From contig OZ365115.1 of the NCBI GenBank assembly GCA_977030845.1, forward strand, positions 1,922,001 through 1,986,000: 64,000 bases of DNA, in the 5' to 3' direction. The DNA comes from Fimbriosthenelais zetlandica. Its lineage: Eukaryota. Positions 13,401-25,900 of this stretch are shown here, in pieces. The notes beneath the pieces were generated by a model. It saw only the letters and a list, made by a program, of their open reading frames with translations, did no database searches and was not told where the DNA came from. Every line of letters starts with the position of its first letter. The first letter of the stretch is position 1. The translations under genes and the position numbers were made by a program.

Positions 13401-15695
13401 TTCAATTTTGGGATCTCCCACATTCAATTTCATCTTATTTTAATTATTTTTTCAGAGGGTAAGAAGAAGTGTGAGGTTGACACGTCTCCTGTCTGGGTAC
13501 CTGACAGTGATGCCACCTTGTGTCAGGTCTGTAAGAAGTCAGAATTCACGCTCATCAACCGACGAGTGAGTACCACACATTTATCAACTATTTATTAATT
13601 AATCCATCTATAAATTATTAAACTAGTGAGTACTACTAATTTATCAACTATTCAGTAATAGATCGATCTACAAATTATTAAAATAAATAAAGGGATGCCA
13701 AACACTTGGTATAAAGTTATTTTCATAGGTAGTTCTGATATTTTAGATAGTTGATTTCACTACATATTACAGCTAAGGTCAGAACTACCTAGGAAAATAA
13801 CAGGAAATTCTACAGTGGCCAATTTTCTATATTCTGTAATATTGTTCCTTACAGCATCACTGTAGGAAGTGCGGTCGGGTGGTGTGCGGTCCTTGCTCTA
13901 CTAAGCGGTTCTTGCTGCCCCAGCAGTCATCTAAACCGCTGAGAGTGTGTAGTACATGCCACGACAAACTCGCCTCCACGTCACAAACCGGTCAGTATTA
14001 GAAACGTACCCGTTATTAACCGATACTTGATACGCCTGTAGTACTTGCTTAATTTTTGATTTTTTTTTTAATGTTTGATTTTAATTATAATATTTGATTT
14101 TAATTAATTAAAATAATATGTTAAGTAATTAGTTAAGTGTCGTGTTTTATTTTAAGTATAGTATTTTCATCTCGTTCACCCCCTTCCCTGAATTTTTGTT
14201 ACAATATTTTAAATGTGATGTTTGATTTTGTCAGCGAGTGGTAAGAGCGAGGCGGCGGGGTCGCAGGACTCGTCAGGCGAGGACAGCTCCGACGACGAGG
14301 ACAACGACATGGCGTCCTCCCAGCAAAACAACCAGGTAAATGAATGAATGAATTAATTAGTCAAAGTCACACAAGTATATATCAAAATCTAGGAAATTAT
14401 TTAGGCTTAACTTAATTTTAGAGGGGGTTTTTGGTGGGCCAAAACACAATGTGTAGATTCGGTCACCTAGTTGAATATATTTGATTCTTCTGGAACTAAT
14501 ACTGTTACTGGAATGAGTGGATGAATGAAGTAAAGCCTCACGCCAGTTAAAGTTAGTTGACCTGATTTTCGTGAGTTGATCAAGTGTTGTTGAAGGTGAT
14601 ATTATTTTCACATAGCGCCAACTACGGCCACCGTGGGCAAACAAAGAACAGCTGACACGACTATAGCAATGACTTCCCTTCCAGCGGTAAACTACTCTAT
14701 ACTCTACTCAAACGGTCTCCCCTTACTCCTACTCTCTATACTCTCATTCTCTCTCTCTCCCCTTCTTTCACTCTTCTTTCTCTCCTCTGTCTCTCTCCTC
14801 TCTTTTCTCTGTTCTCAATGCTTTCATTATCTCCCTCTATCTATCTCCCTTCTCTCTTTCTCTGTCTCTCTATTCCTCTGTACCTCAATGTCTCATCTCT
14901 CCTGCTCTCTCTTCTGTTCTCCCTCGATCTCTCTTCTCTTTGACCCTCTTCACTCATTACCTGTCCTATCCCCCCCCCCCTCCACCTTTATCTGCTCGTG
15001 TTACAGTTCACCCACTTTATAATTGTCTGTCTGTGCATGTATCTATAATGGAGGGCGGCTTCACCGCGGTGCCTCACTGGGTCGTGGATGCGGTCTGCTC
15101 CCTCCGGAGGGGCCCGCAGTCTGCTGGCCTGGGGCTCGGGGCCTCAGGGCCTCAGGGCCTCAGGGATGGAGGGCCTGGGGTATGGATGTGGGTGTCCCAA
15201 CCTGGCCTGAAACATGCCACTACTGACCACAGCTCAGAGAGTGGACATGGAGGGATAGGAGGACATGGTGGGACAGTAACTGTGTGAACATTATAGTTTT
15301 GTATGAGTGTCTGATCATGGAATGTCTGGGTCATTATGTGAGCATGGGTAATCATTGAGTATCTATACTCATTGATTTAATCGTCCGTGAATGTGTGGGT
15401 TATATTTCTGCATGGATGGACCTCCACTTTTCATAATGATTTCCTGCCGTGTATTTGTGATAATATTAGCCTTCACCTGAATGTACTGGATGTGTCTTGA
15501 TCCTTTTCCCCATTTTCTTTGATTTACTCTGTCTATTCTATCTCAGTATCATTGTTTATTGCTCATATATTTCAAATTCATTTTCTTTCTAGGTGACTCA
15601 TTAATTTCACTTCATTATCCAGTTGGTCATTAATTTAATTTTAATGTTAATTCTCTGCTATTTTTCAGCCTACATTTTATGGACAAGGCAAATAG
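7417..15695 (+). CDS. PLEKHF2: PH and FYVE domain protein (Phafin-2 / PLEKHF1-2 orthologue)
   Basis: Exons 7417-7432, 12229-12293, 12510-12647, 12838-12901, 13110-13235, 13456-13565, 13855-13990, 14235-14335, 15669-15695. Translation MADQLVNSAANGRRINFVEQCFG...[32 protein letters not shown] (PH); WVPDSDATLCQVC...RRHHCRKCGRVVCGPCS...RVCSTC (FYVE); acidic tail SSGEDSSDDED. Confidence 0.95.
9126..9440. repeat. 52-bp minisatellite, ~6 copies
   Basis: Unit tactaaataccgtatataatcatgtcgccttatctaccactcttggcccatg in PLEKHF2 intron 1. Confidence 0.9.
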
Positions 15696-16953
15696 AGTCG
15701 GGGCGCCACCTAGTGTGGCTTTCACACACCAGGTGTCGCCAGCCTGGAAGGGACGATTACCACCAAACGGCACCACCACGACCCGTGACGTCACGCTGAC
15801 ATTGTATATGTGACGTCATAGTGACGTCAGCAAAAGTGACATTGTATATAAGTCTTCAAAAAACGGATAACCTCAAAAAATGCACATATACACATCTATG
15901 TTTATTCCATTATCTGATCGTAGACTATTGTTATATAATTATTTTATTCATTTTTACTGTTGATACTGATATAAAGTATGATAGTTTCCTTGGATTTATT
16001 ATATAGGCCAAAAATGCCAATATCTACTTTCTCTTCACTTAAATTTCTAGATACTTTCATAATTTTCTTCCCTACTTTTCTGTTGATCATCTATTAAAAA
16101 CTCGAGTATTATTCACGAGACCACGAGTGTGATCTTCACTAAATATCACGCGGTAAAGCAGATAATCGAGGACAAAAATTGTTAAATTTACATGAATTTT
16201 TCAAAACTTAGCCAAAAATAATCGAAGAACAAAATTTGTTAAATTTTCATGAAATTCAATTCAAAACTTAGCCAAAAAATAGAGCCTGTATGTACATGAG
16301 TTGATCGTTCTACGCCAAGTGTATTTTAACCATTCCAAGATTACGGGAAATACGTTCATTACAATGACATATTCTATGTATATATATACACACAATTTAG
16401 GCGGTTTATTCTATAAGTATTTCCACGGTAAGAATGAATTGAATGCAGCTATTAAGATTAAAGTTGTTTAAGAATCAGAATGGTATATGTTATGAACTCC
16501 CTATAATATCGCACATGTTATAAAGTATGTAGGGATGTTATAAATTCCATGTAATTTAAACTTGCTACAGGCCTGTTAAATATTATTAATATCAAACTGC
16601 TGCCTTTACTTCTAGATCTCCAATATTGGTATTAAAAAAACTCCTGAAAAAACATCACAAAATGCTGATATTCGCCCTTGAAACGTTCTTAATATTCGCC
16701 CTTGTCCATAAAGAATTGCTTGAATACATAATAACACATAGACGTGTATCTATAGATAATACATGTATCTATAGATTAACACATAGACGTGTATCTATAG
16801 ATAATACATGTATCTATAGATTAACACATAGACGTGTATCTATAGATCTTAATCACGAATGCCAAACTTTTTTAATGAAGTGTTATTAATCTACAGAATG
16901 TAGATAAAATGTGATGAATTTTGAGGTTGTAAAGTTGTTGTTAGATTTGAAGT

Positions 16954-17369
16954 CAGGGTTCCCACAGGTCAAAAAAACTTAAATGGTCAGTCTAAACTTA
17001 TAGAATTGACAATGTGTCATGGAAAAATGAGAATTGTCAAGTAAAATTCAGATACTGGTATCTATCGCAAGTGTAACTGCACTAGCAGGGGCTTGCTATG
17101 TGTGAGGGGTGTCTATATTGAGCTCTATTTGTGAGTGGTTTGGGAGGTATGGCAGTTAAGGCCATAGAGGGACTGGCTGTAACAAAATCACAACACTCGT
17201 GAGGTACAAGAACCCCGATGGACCTACCCCGTTAGTAAATTGTGGCTGCAAAATTGACGGTCAATATGCAGTTCATATTCCGCTTCTGCTTAGGCTTTCT
17301 TCTACTGTCTTGGACTCACTCTTAGAAAGTCGTAAAAGTTCTGTAATTTTCCATCAGGTGGGAACCCTG
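16954..17369. mobile_element. Degenerate non-autonomous DNA transposon with CAGGGTT termini
   Basis: Left end CAGGGTTCCCAC, right end GTGGGAACCCTG (12-bp inverted repeat); no clear TSD. A similar CAGGGTTCATAGAC...GTCTACAAACCCTG pair spans 27409-27735. Confidence 0.45.
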
Positions 17370-18809
17370 TCACTGTAACCCTGTAACCCTGTATCAGTCT
17401 GGTTATGTCTCTACACCACTCCACCTTGTGTCGCTCAGTAGAACTGATCCTCCAAACTTTAAATTTCATCATTAAATTATATAATTAAATTGATTAATTA
17501 TATTCAATTATTTCCTTGATGTTATTTCGTATTTAATTGAAGGTAAAGTAAATAAAGTTATGACGTTATTTACTTAATGTCAGCTGTATATTTTATTAAT
17601 TAATTATTTGAAAAATTATACATTTACTGAATTAAATTAACTAGACAATTATATTTAAAAAAAAAATTTAAAAAATGTCTGGAGTTTGGAGGGGCAGGGC
17701 TTGTCATGACACGCGCCTTCTACTCGCGTTTAGAGCTATTTTTGTGCTAGCAGCTTCACTTTGACTGCACTCAGATATTTTAATAAAAAATAAGTGATCG
17801 GGGGCGGGGGCGGGGGGGGGGGGGGGTATGGTCTGTTTTAATATTCACCGAACATTCCCTTCTACGTATGGATAAAAAAATAATGGAGTTTAAAAAAAAC
17901 ACAGTTCATTGTAAAAACAACTTCATGAGCAAAGGTAACAAATATTAAAACATAATGCAATTTTGAACTGGAAATTTGGTCTCTGAATCCTAATAAAAAC
18001 TACTGATTATTTATAAATTGGTGGAGCAGATTTCCCCGTGGCTATATCTAACACTGCACCTCAATAATAGATCACATCCTCTGTCAGCTTCAACCAACCT
18101 AATACATAATAAAACGAATGAACATTATAACTTCTCTGTGTCTGAATTGTTAATTCTTAATTAACTTTTAATGGCAAAATCATTAGAGAATTCCTATTTG
18201 TATTGCTCAGTTTATTTTGACATCCAACTGAGAGCGTCTACAGGTAGGTGTTCCCAGACTAGTGTGGGGTACTAGGGTGCGGATTGTCCACTAAATTAAT
18301 TTCTCCATTATTGTACATTTTCAACCTAACTCTGGCCTTGTTTTTTTTTTATCTTGTTGGTTTATGGTCTTGTACCGAGGCCCCCTGTTCACTACATTAA
18401 TATCTCCATTATTGTACATTGTCAACCTAACTCTAGCCTTGTTTTGGTTTGTTTTTTTCTTGTTGGTTGATGTTCCTGCACCCAGCCCTGGTTACAGTTT
18501 CCTCCTACATCTGATGTACATTATATCAGCTCGGCTCCCACGACTCTCTCCTCTCATTTTTTCTTATTTTACTCAGAACTCTACAGTTTTTGATCTATAT
18601 AGATGTCCACACCCATGGAGCCCCCACCCCCTGGACTCGTGATCATAGCATTGGTTTTTACAGTGTACATGATGTCATCATTAATAGAGGGAATCTGGAA
18701 GCTCCATATGACCAAAGATATAAACGGTCCCGAATCAACAAAATACACACGCAAAATAGAAAGCTGACACACTGACACAGTGAGGAGAGAGACAGGGGGA
18801 GATATACAA

Positions 18810-18995
18810 AGAGTTTACTAATAGATGGAGGGAGATATACTAGGAGTTTACTAATAGATGGAGGGAGATATACTAGGAGTTTACTAATAGATGGAGGGAG
18901 ATATACAAGGAGTTTACTAATAGATGGAGGGAGATATACTAGGAGTTTACTAATAGATGGAGGGAGATATACTAGGAGTTTACTAAGAGATGGAT
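18810..18995. repeat. 33-bp minisatellite, ~5 copies
   Basis: Unit gagtttactaatagatggagggagatatactag. Confidence 0.9.
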
Positions 18996-19661
18996 TTTAT
19001 AATCTGAATATTCAGAAATACTCTAAAGAATTACATCACATGCGTGTGATAACTGATCATAACTCAACAGGATAGGAACCTAATACTGGAAGTGAAAGTG
19101 TGTGTGAAGGTGGGGGACCTCAATGCTATAAACTACTTCCACCAACCAGTGTATTTTCCGACTTTATTATAATAGTTTTGTATGTGTATGTGGTGGATTA
19201 TGTAGATATTATAGATGATACATGGAGAGTGAATCAATGTGTCACATATGGTCCACAGATAACATCTCTCTATACCACACATTGACTACATGCAAGTCAT
19301 ACCACAAACGCCAGGCTGTTAAACAAATTGCTTCTGACCATGTATTGGTCACATAGTGAGATGGTCGCTTTAGTGAGGTAGTTATTAAAAAAAAACCCTC
19401 TGTATATAAGTTATAAATTCACATCCTGTTTGAGTACTAAGTATTCTTGTCATGTCGTTTTAACATGGTTATTTTCTCAGCTTGTTTGTTCGTCCAGTAC
19501 CATGCTCGACAAAAACTTATGCAAACATCCACCACTCCTCCTTTCAGGAATTTTCGTTGAAAACAACTTTCTTTGGATCACAGATGTTGAGGGAGTTCTA
19601 GAGGCCTCAAAGATTGTGGACGGAGTGGGGACGTTTTGATATCAAACGAGGCAAAAGCTTC

Positions 19662-19927
19662 CAACGTGTTTGACACTTCAGAAGACGCCACTATTGGCAG
19701 TGGGGACGTTTTGCCACTTCTGAGGACGCCACTATTGGCAGTGAGGACGTTTTGCCACTTCTAAAGACGTCACTATTGGCAGTGAGGACGTTTTGCCACT
19801 TCTAAAGACGCCACTATTGGCAGTGAGGACGTTCTATCATTTCTGAAGACGCCACTATTGGCAGTGGGGACGTTTTGCCACTTCTGAGGACGCCACTATT
19901 GGCAGTGAGGCCGTTTTTGCCACTCCC
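19662..19927. repeat. 41-bp minisatellite (6 copies) just upstream of the SLC5 start codon
   Basis: Unit gacgccactattggcagtgaggacgttttgccacttctaaa at 19684, 19725, 19766, 19807, 19848, 19889; ATG at 19981. Confidence 0.9.
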
Positions 19928-19980
19928 AACTACAGGGACTGAGGACCGTATAAGTTGAGTACGTGTTATACGGCTGTAAG

Positions 19981-22900
19981 ATGGCCGTAGCGACGTTCTC
20001 TGTGTGGGATTACGTCGTCTTCGCGCTGGTCCTGCTCGTGTCCGCGTCTATTGGCGTCTATTTTGGATGTACAGGAGGCAAACAGAGCACGACCAGAGAG
20101 TTCCTCATGGCAGACAGATCCATGAAGGTAATCAATAGTTTATAAATATTAATAGGCCTAATATTTTGCCAAATTTTAATTATTAATTATAATTCATTTT
20201 TTTAATCTAAGAAATAGAGTATTATACCATATCAAATATTCTGAGAATTATTCTCAGATTATATAATAATGCATTAGAATTCATATTAGCCTATAGGCCT
20301 ATTGGTCTGATACCTCTTTCCTTCTTGTATGTCTAAAACGCCTCTGAAGCGACCACCTCCTATTCTATATCAAATCAAATCATTATTTTCAGTTATTGCC
20401 GGTGGCAGTGTCGATGCTGGCGTCATTTATGTCAGCTATCATGTTACTCGGCACCCCAGCTGAGATCTACATGTTCGGGTTGGAGTATACATGTATAGGG
20501 TTGGGTTATATCTTACTGGTACCCATCACCGCCTACCTCTACATCCCTGTATTCTACCGGCTTCAACTCACCAGCGCTTATGAGGTAAGATATGACCCCA
20601 GTATTACAGGGTATAATTTGTTTTTAAAAGATTGCATAGCAATTTTTGCTAGGCAAGTTCATTTTGCAATCAACTAAAAAATCTGCAAATTACGGCGCTG
20701 ATAAAAAAGTAGGCCTTTTAATGGTAAGACTGATAATATCTATGTGGTACAATTGTCAGTAATTTTAAACGATGCGTCTTCAGTTAAGTCAAAAATAGAA
20801 TGGGGATGGGTGTAGGGTCTGCATGGAGTAGGGCCTGTTCCATAACCATAGGGCAAAACATAGTTATGAAATAAATATTTTTTTCGACAAAACCTAACGA
20901 GACAAAAAAAATGTTTTATGCAATGCAATGCGACTATGAGTGCCTGCCATCTATTTACAATCCACCCCATAGACCCGTGTCTATGAATGAATCACTGTAG
21001 GCCTATGTAGGCTTATAGCTATGATATGACAACACGTTGGTCTGACAGTGGACGTAGGCCTACCCGTCAGTTCAGCCCTGACACTGTCACCGGGAGGCCA
21101 ATACTGAATACAAGTGTGAATGTTTTTCCGGGAGCGGCCGACTTCTAGCATCATTTAGAAGCGAAGTAAAGCATGACGTGCATATATTACACTCTAAAAG
21201 TGTTCTCACAGCTCTTCCCGAGTAGTAACCGCTCAGTCCAAAGAGTTTCTGTCGAATATAAGCGAGGAATCCACGTAAATCCATCTGCATCATTCCCTGA
21301 TTTCGAAAAATTACTTCCAAGTCGGCCATTTTGGCTTGTATGGAGTACTTCCGGTTCACTGGTGGAGTAGACTTCCGGGTCACTGAGATCCATCGTGACC
21401 CGCGGGATAGCTCCACCAGTCAGATGAACGGCGGATGAAGGAACTAAAGAACCTGAGTGCCGGTAGGGTGGCTCCCCTACCATAAACGGCGGAGGAAGGA
21501 ACTAAAGTGCGAAATCGTGACGTCATTACCGGAAGTTTAACCGTAAAAAGGGCAAAACATTCAAGCAAGATGGTGGACAAAAAGGCTAGAATGAAGCAAA
21601 TCAAGACTTTGACATTCGGAAAAAGTGGGATTACTTAGCCGCTAGGGTATTTTGAGCTCCCAAATTAAAGGAAATATTAGGAGAGGCCCAGATGGTCAGG
21701 TCTGTATGGTGGATGTAAATCTACTTTCATTTTGTTTTTAAATATCGTTCAATATCGTTCACCCTGACCATCTCATTCTCGGTGCCGGTGGCATAGGCAT
21801 AGCCATAGCCTAGGCCTACCGCCTAGTACAGGCGCCCGGTAGTTTGTACTAGTGACACGACAGGATTTAGATTTTAGAGTCTTCGATTGTTTTTGTCATT
21901 TCAGTACCTGGAGATACGGTTCAACAGTAAGCTGATACGCATGATTGGTTCAGCCACCTTCATCTTACAAATGGTAAGTCTAGTCAGCACTGTTATAAGC
22001 CTATATGAGGGAGTATGTAGGGTATAGGGGTTTTAGTGAACTGTATTTTAGGTTAAGGTTTTTAGACGCCTTCTTCGTGCTAAGAAACTATTTACAATTC
22101 CAGATTATGTACATGGCCATTGTGTTATATGCTCCATCACTGGCCCTCAATGCTGGTGAGTTATAATGGATACTTACTTAGAAAACAATCTATAAAACAA
22201 TTATAGTCAATCAGAATAGCAAAGCCTAGAATAGTCTCCTAACTGATTAGTTACACTTGTCTGTCTTGTAGTGACTGGGTTTAACCTGTGGGCCTCGGTC
22301 TTCTCAGTGGGAATCATCTGTACTTTCTACACCAGTCTGGTCAGTATTTTATCATATAACAACATTTAAAATAATATATACGGACCTAATGTCTAAATAA
22401 TACATTTTTAGAAGGCAGAGCATTTGGCATACGCTCAAATATGAGGGCATTATTTAATATTTATTTAATTAATATACCTAGATGAAGGTGCAATATAATA
22501 AATCAAAATAAAAGTAAAATAAAAATGTCGTATTTTTAGGGCGGGATGAAGGCAGTGATGTGGACTGACGTGTTCCAGGTGACCATGATGTTAGTGGGTC
22601 TACTGGCTGTGTTAGTACAGGGCTCTATAGACCACGGCGGCATGGGTGCAGTGTGGGAGACAGCACGACTACATGGCCGAGTTAACTTCCTAGAGTAAGA
22701 CCGTCATCTATTAGTATTAATGATAGAGTAAGACCGTCATCTATTAGTATTAATGATAGAGTAAGACCATCATCTATTAGTATTAATGATAGAGTAAGCC
22801 CATCATCTATTAGTATTAATGATAGAGTAAGACCGTCATCTATTAGTATTAATGATAGAGTAAGACCGTCATCTATTAGTATTAATGATAGAGTAAGACC

Positions 22901-25900
22901 ATCGTCTATTAGTATTAATGATAGAGTAAGGCCATCATCTATTATTAATGCTGGTCTACTGGTACTGGCTGTGCTAGTACAGGGCTATAGACCTTTATCT
23001 ATTAGTATTGTCGACTGAATATTATCCCAATAATAACTAATGTTACTTAATGAGAAATTATTAATACAAAAGGCATCTATCCAGACAGTGACTGTCCTTT
23101 TATAACCCATTTAGCAGCTTTTGGGAGGACAATGGCCAATTTGACCGCTGCTTGGGCGACCTCCCACCATCTCCTATCTTTTGACCAGTGCTGTTGTATG
23201 TTTTTTCTACCAGTTTTGTGTTTTTTTTTACCAGTTTTGACCCTGACCCCCGTCAGCGTCACACCTTCTGGTCGCTGGTGTTTGGTGTTTTTTTGACCAG
23301 TTTTGTGTTTTTTTGACCAGTTTTGTATGTTTTTTTGACCAGTTTTGTGTTTTTTTGACCAGTTTTGACCCTGACCCCCGTCAGCGTCACACCTTCTGGT
23401 CGCTGGTGTTTGGTGTTTTTTTGACCAGTTTTGTGTTTTTTTGACCAGTTTTGTATGTTTTTTTGACCAGTTTTGTGTTTTTTTGACCAGTTTTGACCCT
23501 GACCCCCGTCAGCGTCACACATTCTGGTCGCTGGTGTTTGGTGGTCTGTTTACGTGGCTCGCCATCTACGCCGTCAACCAATCACAGGTACAGAGAGCTC
23601 TCACGTGTCCCGACCTCCGTACAGCTCAGATGTAAGTCAAACTCATTATACTGTAAAACCCATTATACTGACAATTACTCCCTCATAATGTGAACTGAAT
23701 GAAGGCTCAATATAACATCACTTCATTCAGCACTTATTTTTTCAATGTCTTTCCTAAAGTGCTGTTCAGTTGATACTAAAAATCTAAAGCTGTTATATGC
23801 ACATTTGACATTCGTTAAGCTCCTTTGGCCTTAGGCTAAAAATAAATATTAGGCTTCTATTAAACGTATATTATTATATCTAACGTATTTATTATTATAT
23901 TTATTTGTGTTTATCAGAGCGATGTTGCTGAACGCCCCTGGTCTCATCATTCTCATGGTTCTCACCACTCTCTGTGGTCTGCTTATCTTCTCCCAGTATC
24001 AACACTGTGATCCTATACGAAACGGACAGATATTCGCCCGCGATCAGGTACGACACTCTATGACTCTCACTGACAGTCTATGAGTATGACACTCACTGAC
24101 AGTCTATGACACTCACTATCACTAATCTGACACTGACTAACACTAATATGACACTAACACACACACACACACACACTAATATTGACATCACAAACAGACA
24201 CGTTCCCGCTTAAAAAATACATGGAAATCTCGGTTGCGTTTTCATTTACAGTAAATGCTGTCATGTCCCAAATGAAATCTGATATAAATCAGATATAAAT
24301 GTAAGTATTTTAAAGGGAATTCATAAGGAAATTGTGGCTTATCCCCTTGATGAGTAACACATGGTCAAGAGTGGGCCATAACCAGCATAATAAAGTGTTC
24401 ATGTTTGTCTAGTTACTGCCGCTCTACGTGATAGAGACGTTACATCAGTATAAGGGAGTACCGGGTCTTTTCATCGCCTGTATATTCAGCGGATCACTCA
24501 GGTCAGTCACATTATTACATCATCCCATCTTTAACTGTGGGTATATTTAAATGTGAAGACAATGGGCTGAAGCCTTCAAGTCAGTGCTAGACTTTCATTA
24601 GTTGGGGTTAAAATTCTGGACCTTCTCTCCCATAATAGGGCAATGTGCCCTCATGTAGATAATTAGCCTGTGTGATGTTTCAGTACAGTGTCGTCAGGTC
24701 TGAACTCGTTGGCTGCCGTCACCATACAGGACTTTGTACGAGGTTACTGGTGTCCACACATCACAGAGAGTAAAGCTACCTTCCTCTCCAAGGTCATAGG
24801 TCAGCTGAAACCTCATCAAGGCTTGTCTCATTTGCTTCATTTCAATAGTTATTTTCTATGCTTTATCGTATTTTAATATTTGTCATTATGTTTACAGCCA
24901 TCGTCTATGGCGTGATCATGATGGGGCTGACGGTGGTAGCTGCACAGCTGGGAGGAGTGTTACAGGTAATATTGATTATATCTTATCTAAATTAACATAA
25001 AGTACCTGAGGGTTTGACCGAGTTGATAATTGGTATCCCCCGTATACTAGTAACTCGTCAATGACGAGGGTCAATCACATAGATCCCCTCGTCATTGCGT
25101 TGTATACAATCATGTTATGTTTCAGGCAGCTCTCGCCATGTTTGGCTTCCTTATCAACCCTCGCCCACCCTCGTCATTGACGAGGTTGTTTGTATAACCC
25201 TGTATATAATCATGTTATATTTCAGGCAGCTCTCGCCATGTTTGGTATTATAGGAGGCCCACTACTAGGACTCTTCACTCTCGCCATCTTATTCCCCTGC
25301 GCCAACTCTAAGGTAACATCTCCCTCTAATAAGTCCCTAATAATATAACATGGCGTTAAATCACCATTCATTCATTCATTCATTCTCCCTCTAATAATAT
25401 AGCATGGCTTTAAATCACCATTCATTCATTCATTCTCTTGACTTGTTCCTGTTTTAATGTGGTTTATTTCTGTCACCAGGGGGCGTTGGCGGGCGTGCTG
25501 GTAGGGTTCAGCTTCCAGCTGTGGGTGGGAGTTGGTGCTATGATCTATAAACCAGTCACTCCAACTCTACCTACCTCTATAGCTGGGTGTGGGAATATCA
25601 CACTGACAGGTGTGAATGTCAGTCTGACTGATGGTCAATATGACTTTACATCATCAGTGACTCACTACACCACACCCCTCCACCATACAGACAGTGGTGC
25701 TCATCCACAAGGGTAGGTACCAACTATATTTATTGGGTCTGGGAAGAAATACCATAGCTCTAATTCTGAATTTCAGTCATAGGACAAGGGCAAATCTAAG
25801 TTGGGAGGAGTGAGGGAATGAGGAAGGGAGCTGTGACTCCAGTCATGGGGACGAGGGCTAGTATATGGAATATTCTTGTGACTTGTGAAATCATTAATTT

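Noticed and set aside
9547-15022. Low-complexity ORFs at 9547-9868, 11322-11655 and 14633-15022
   Set aside because: Derived from (ATCC)n and CT-rich intronic tracts.
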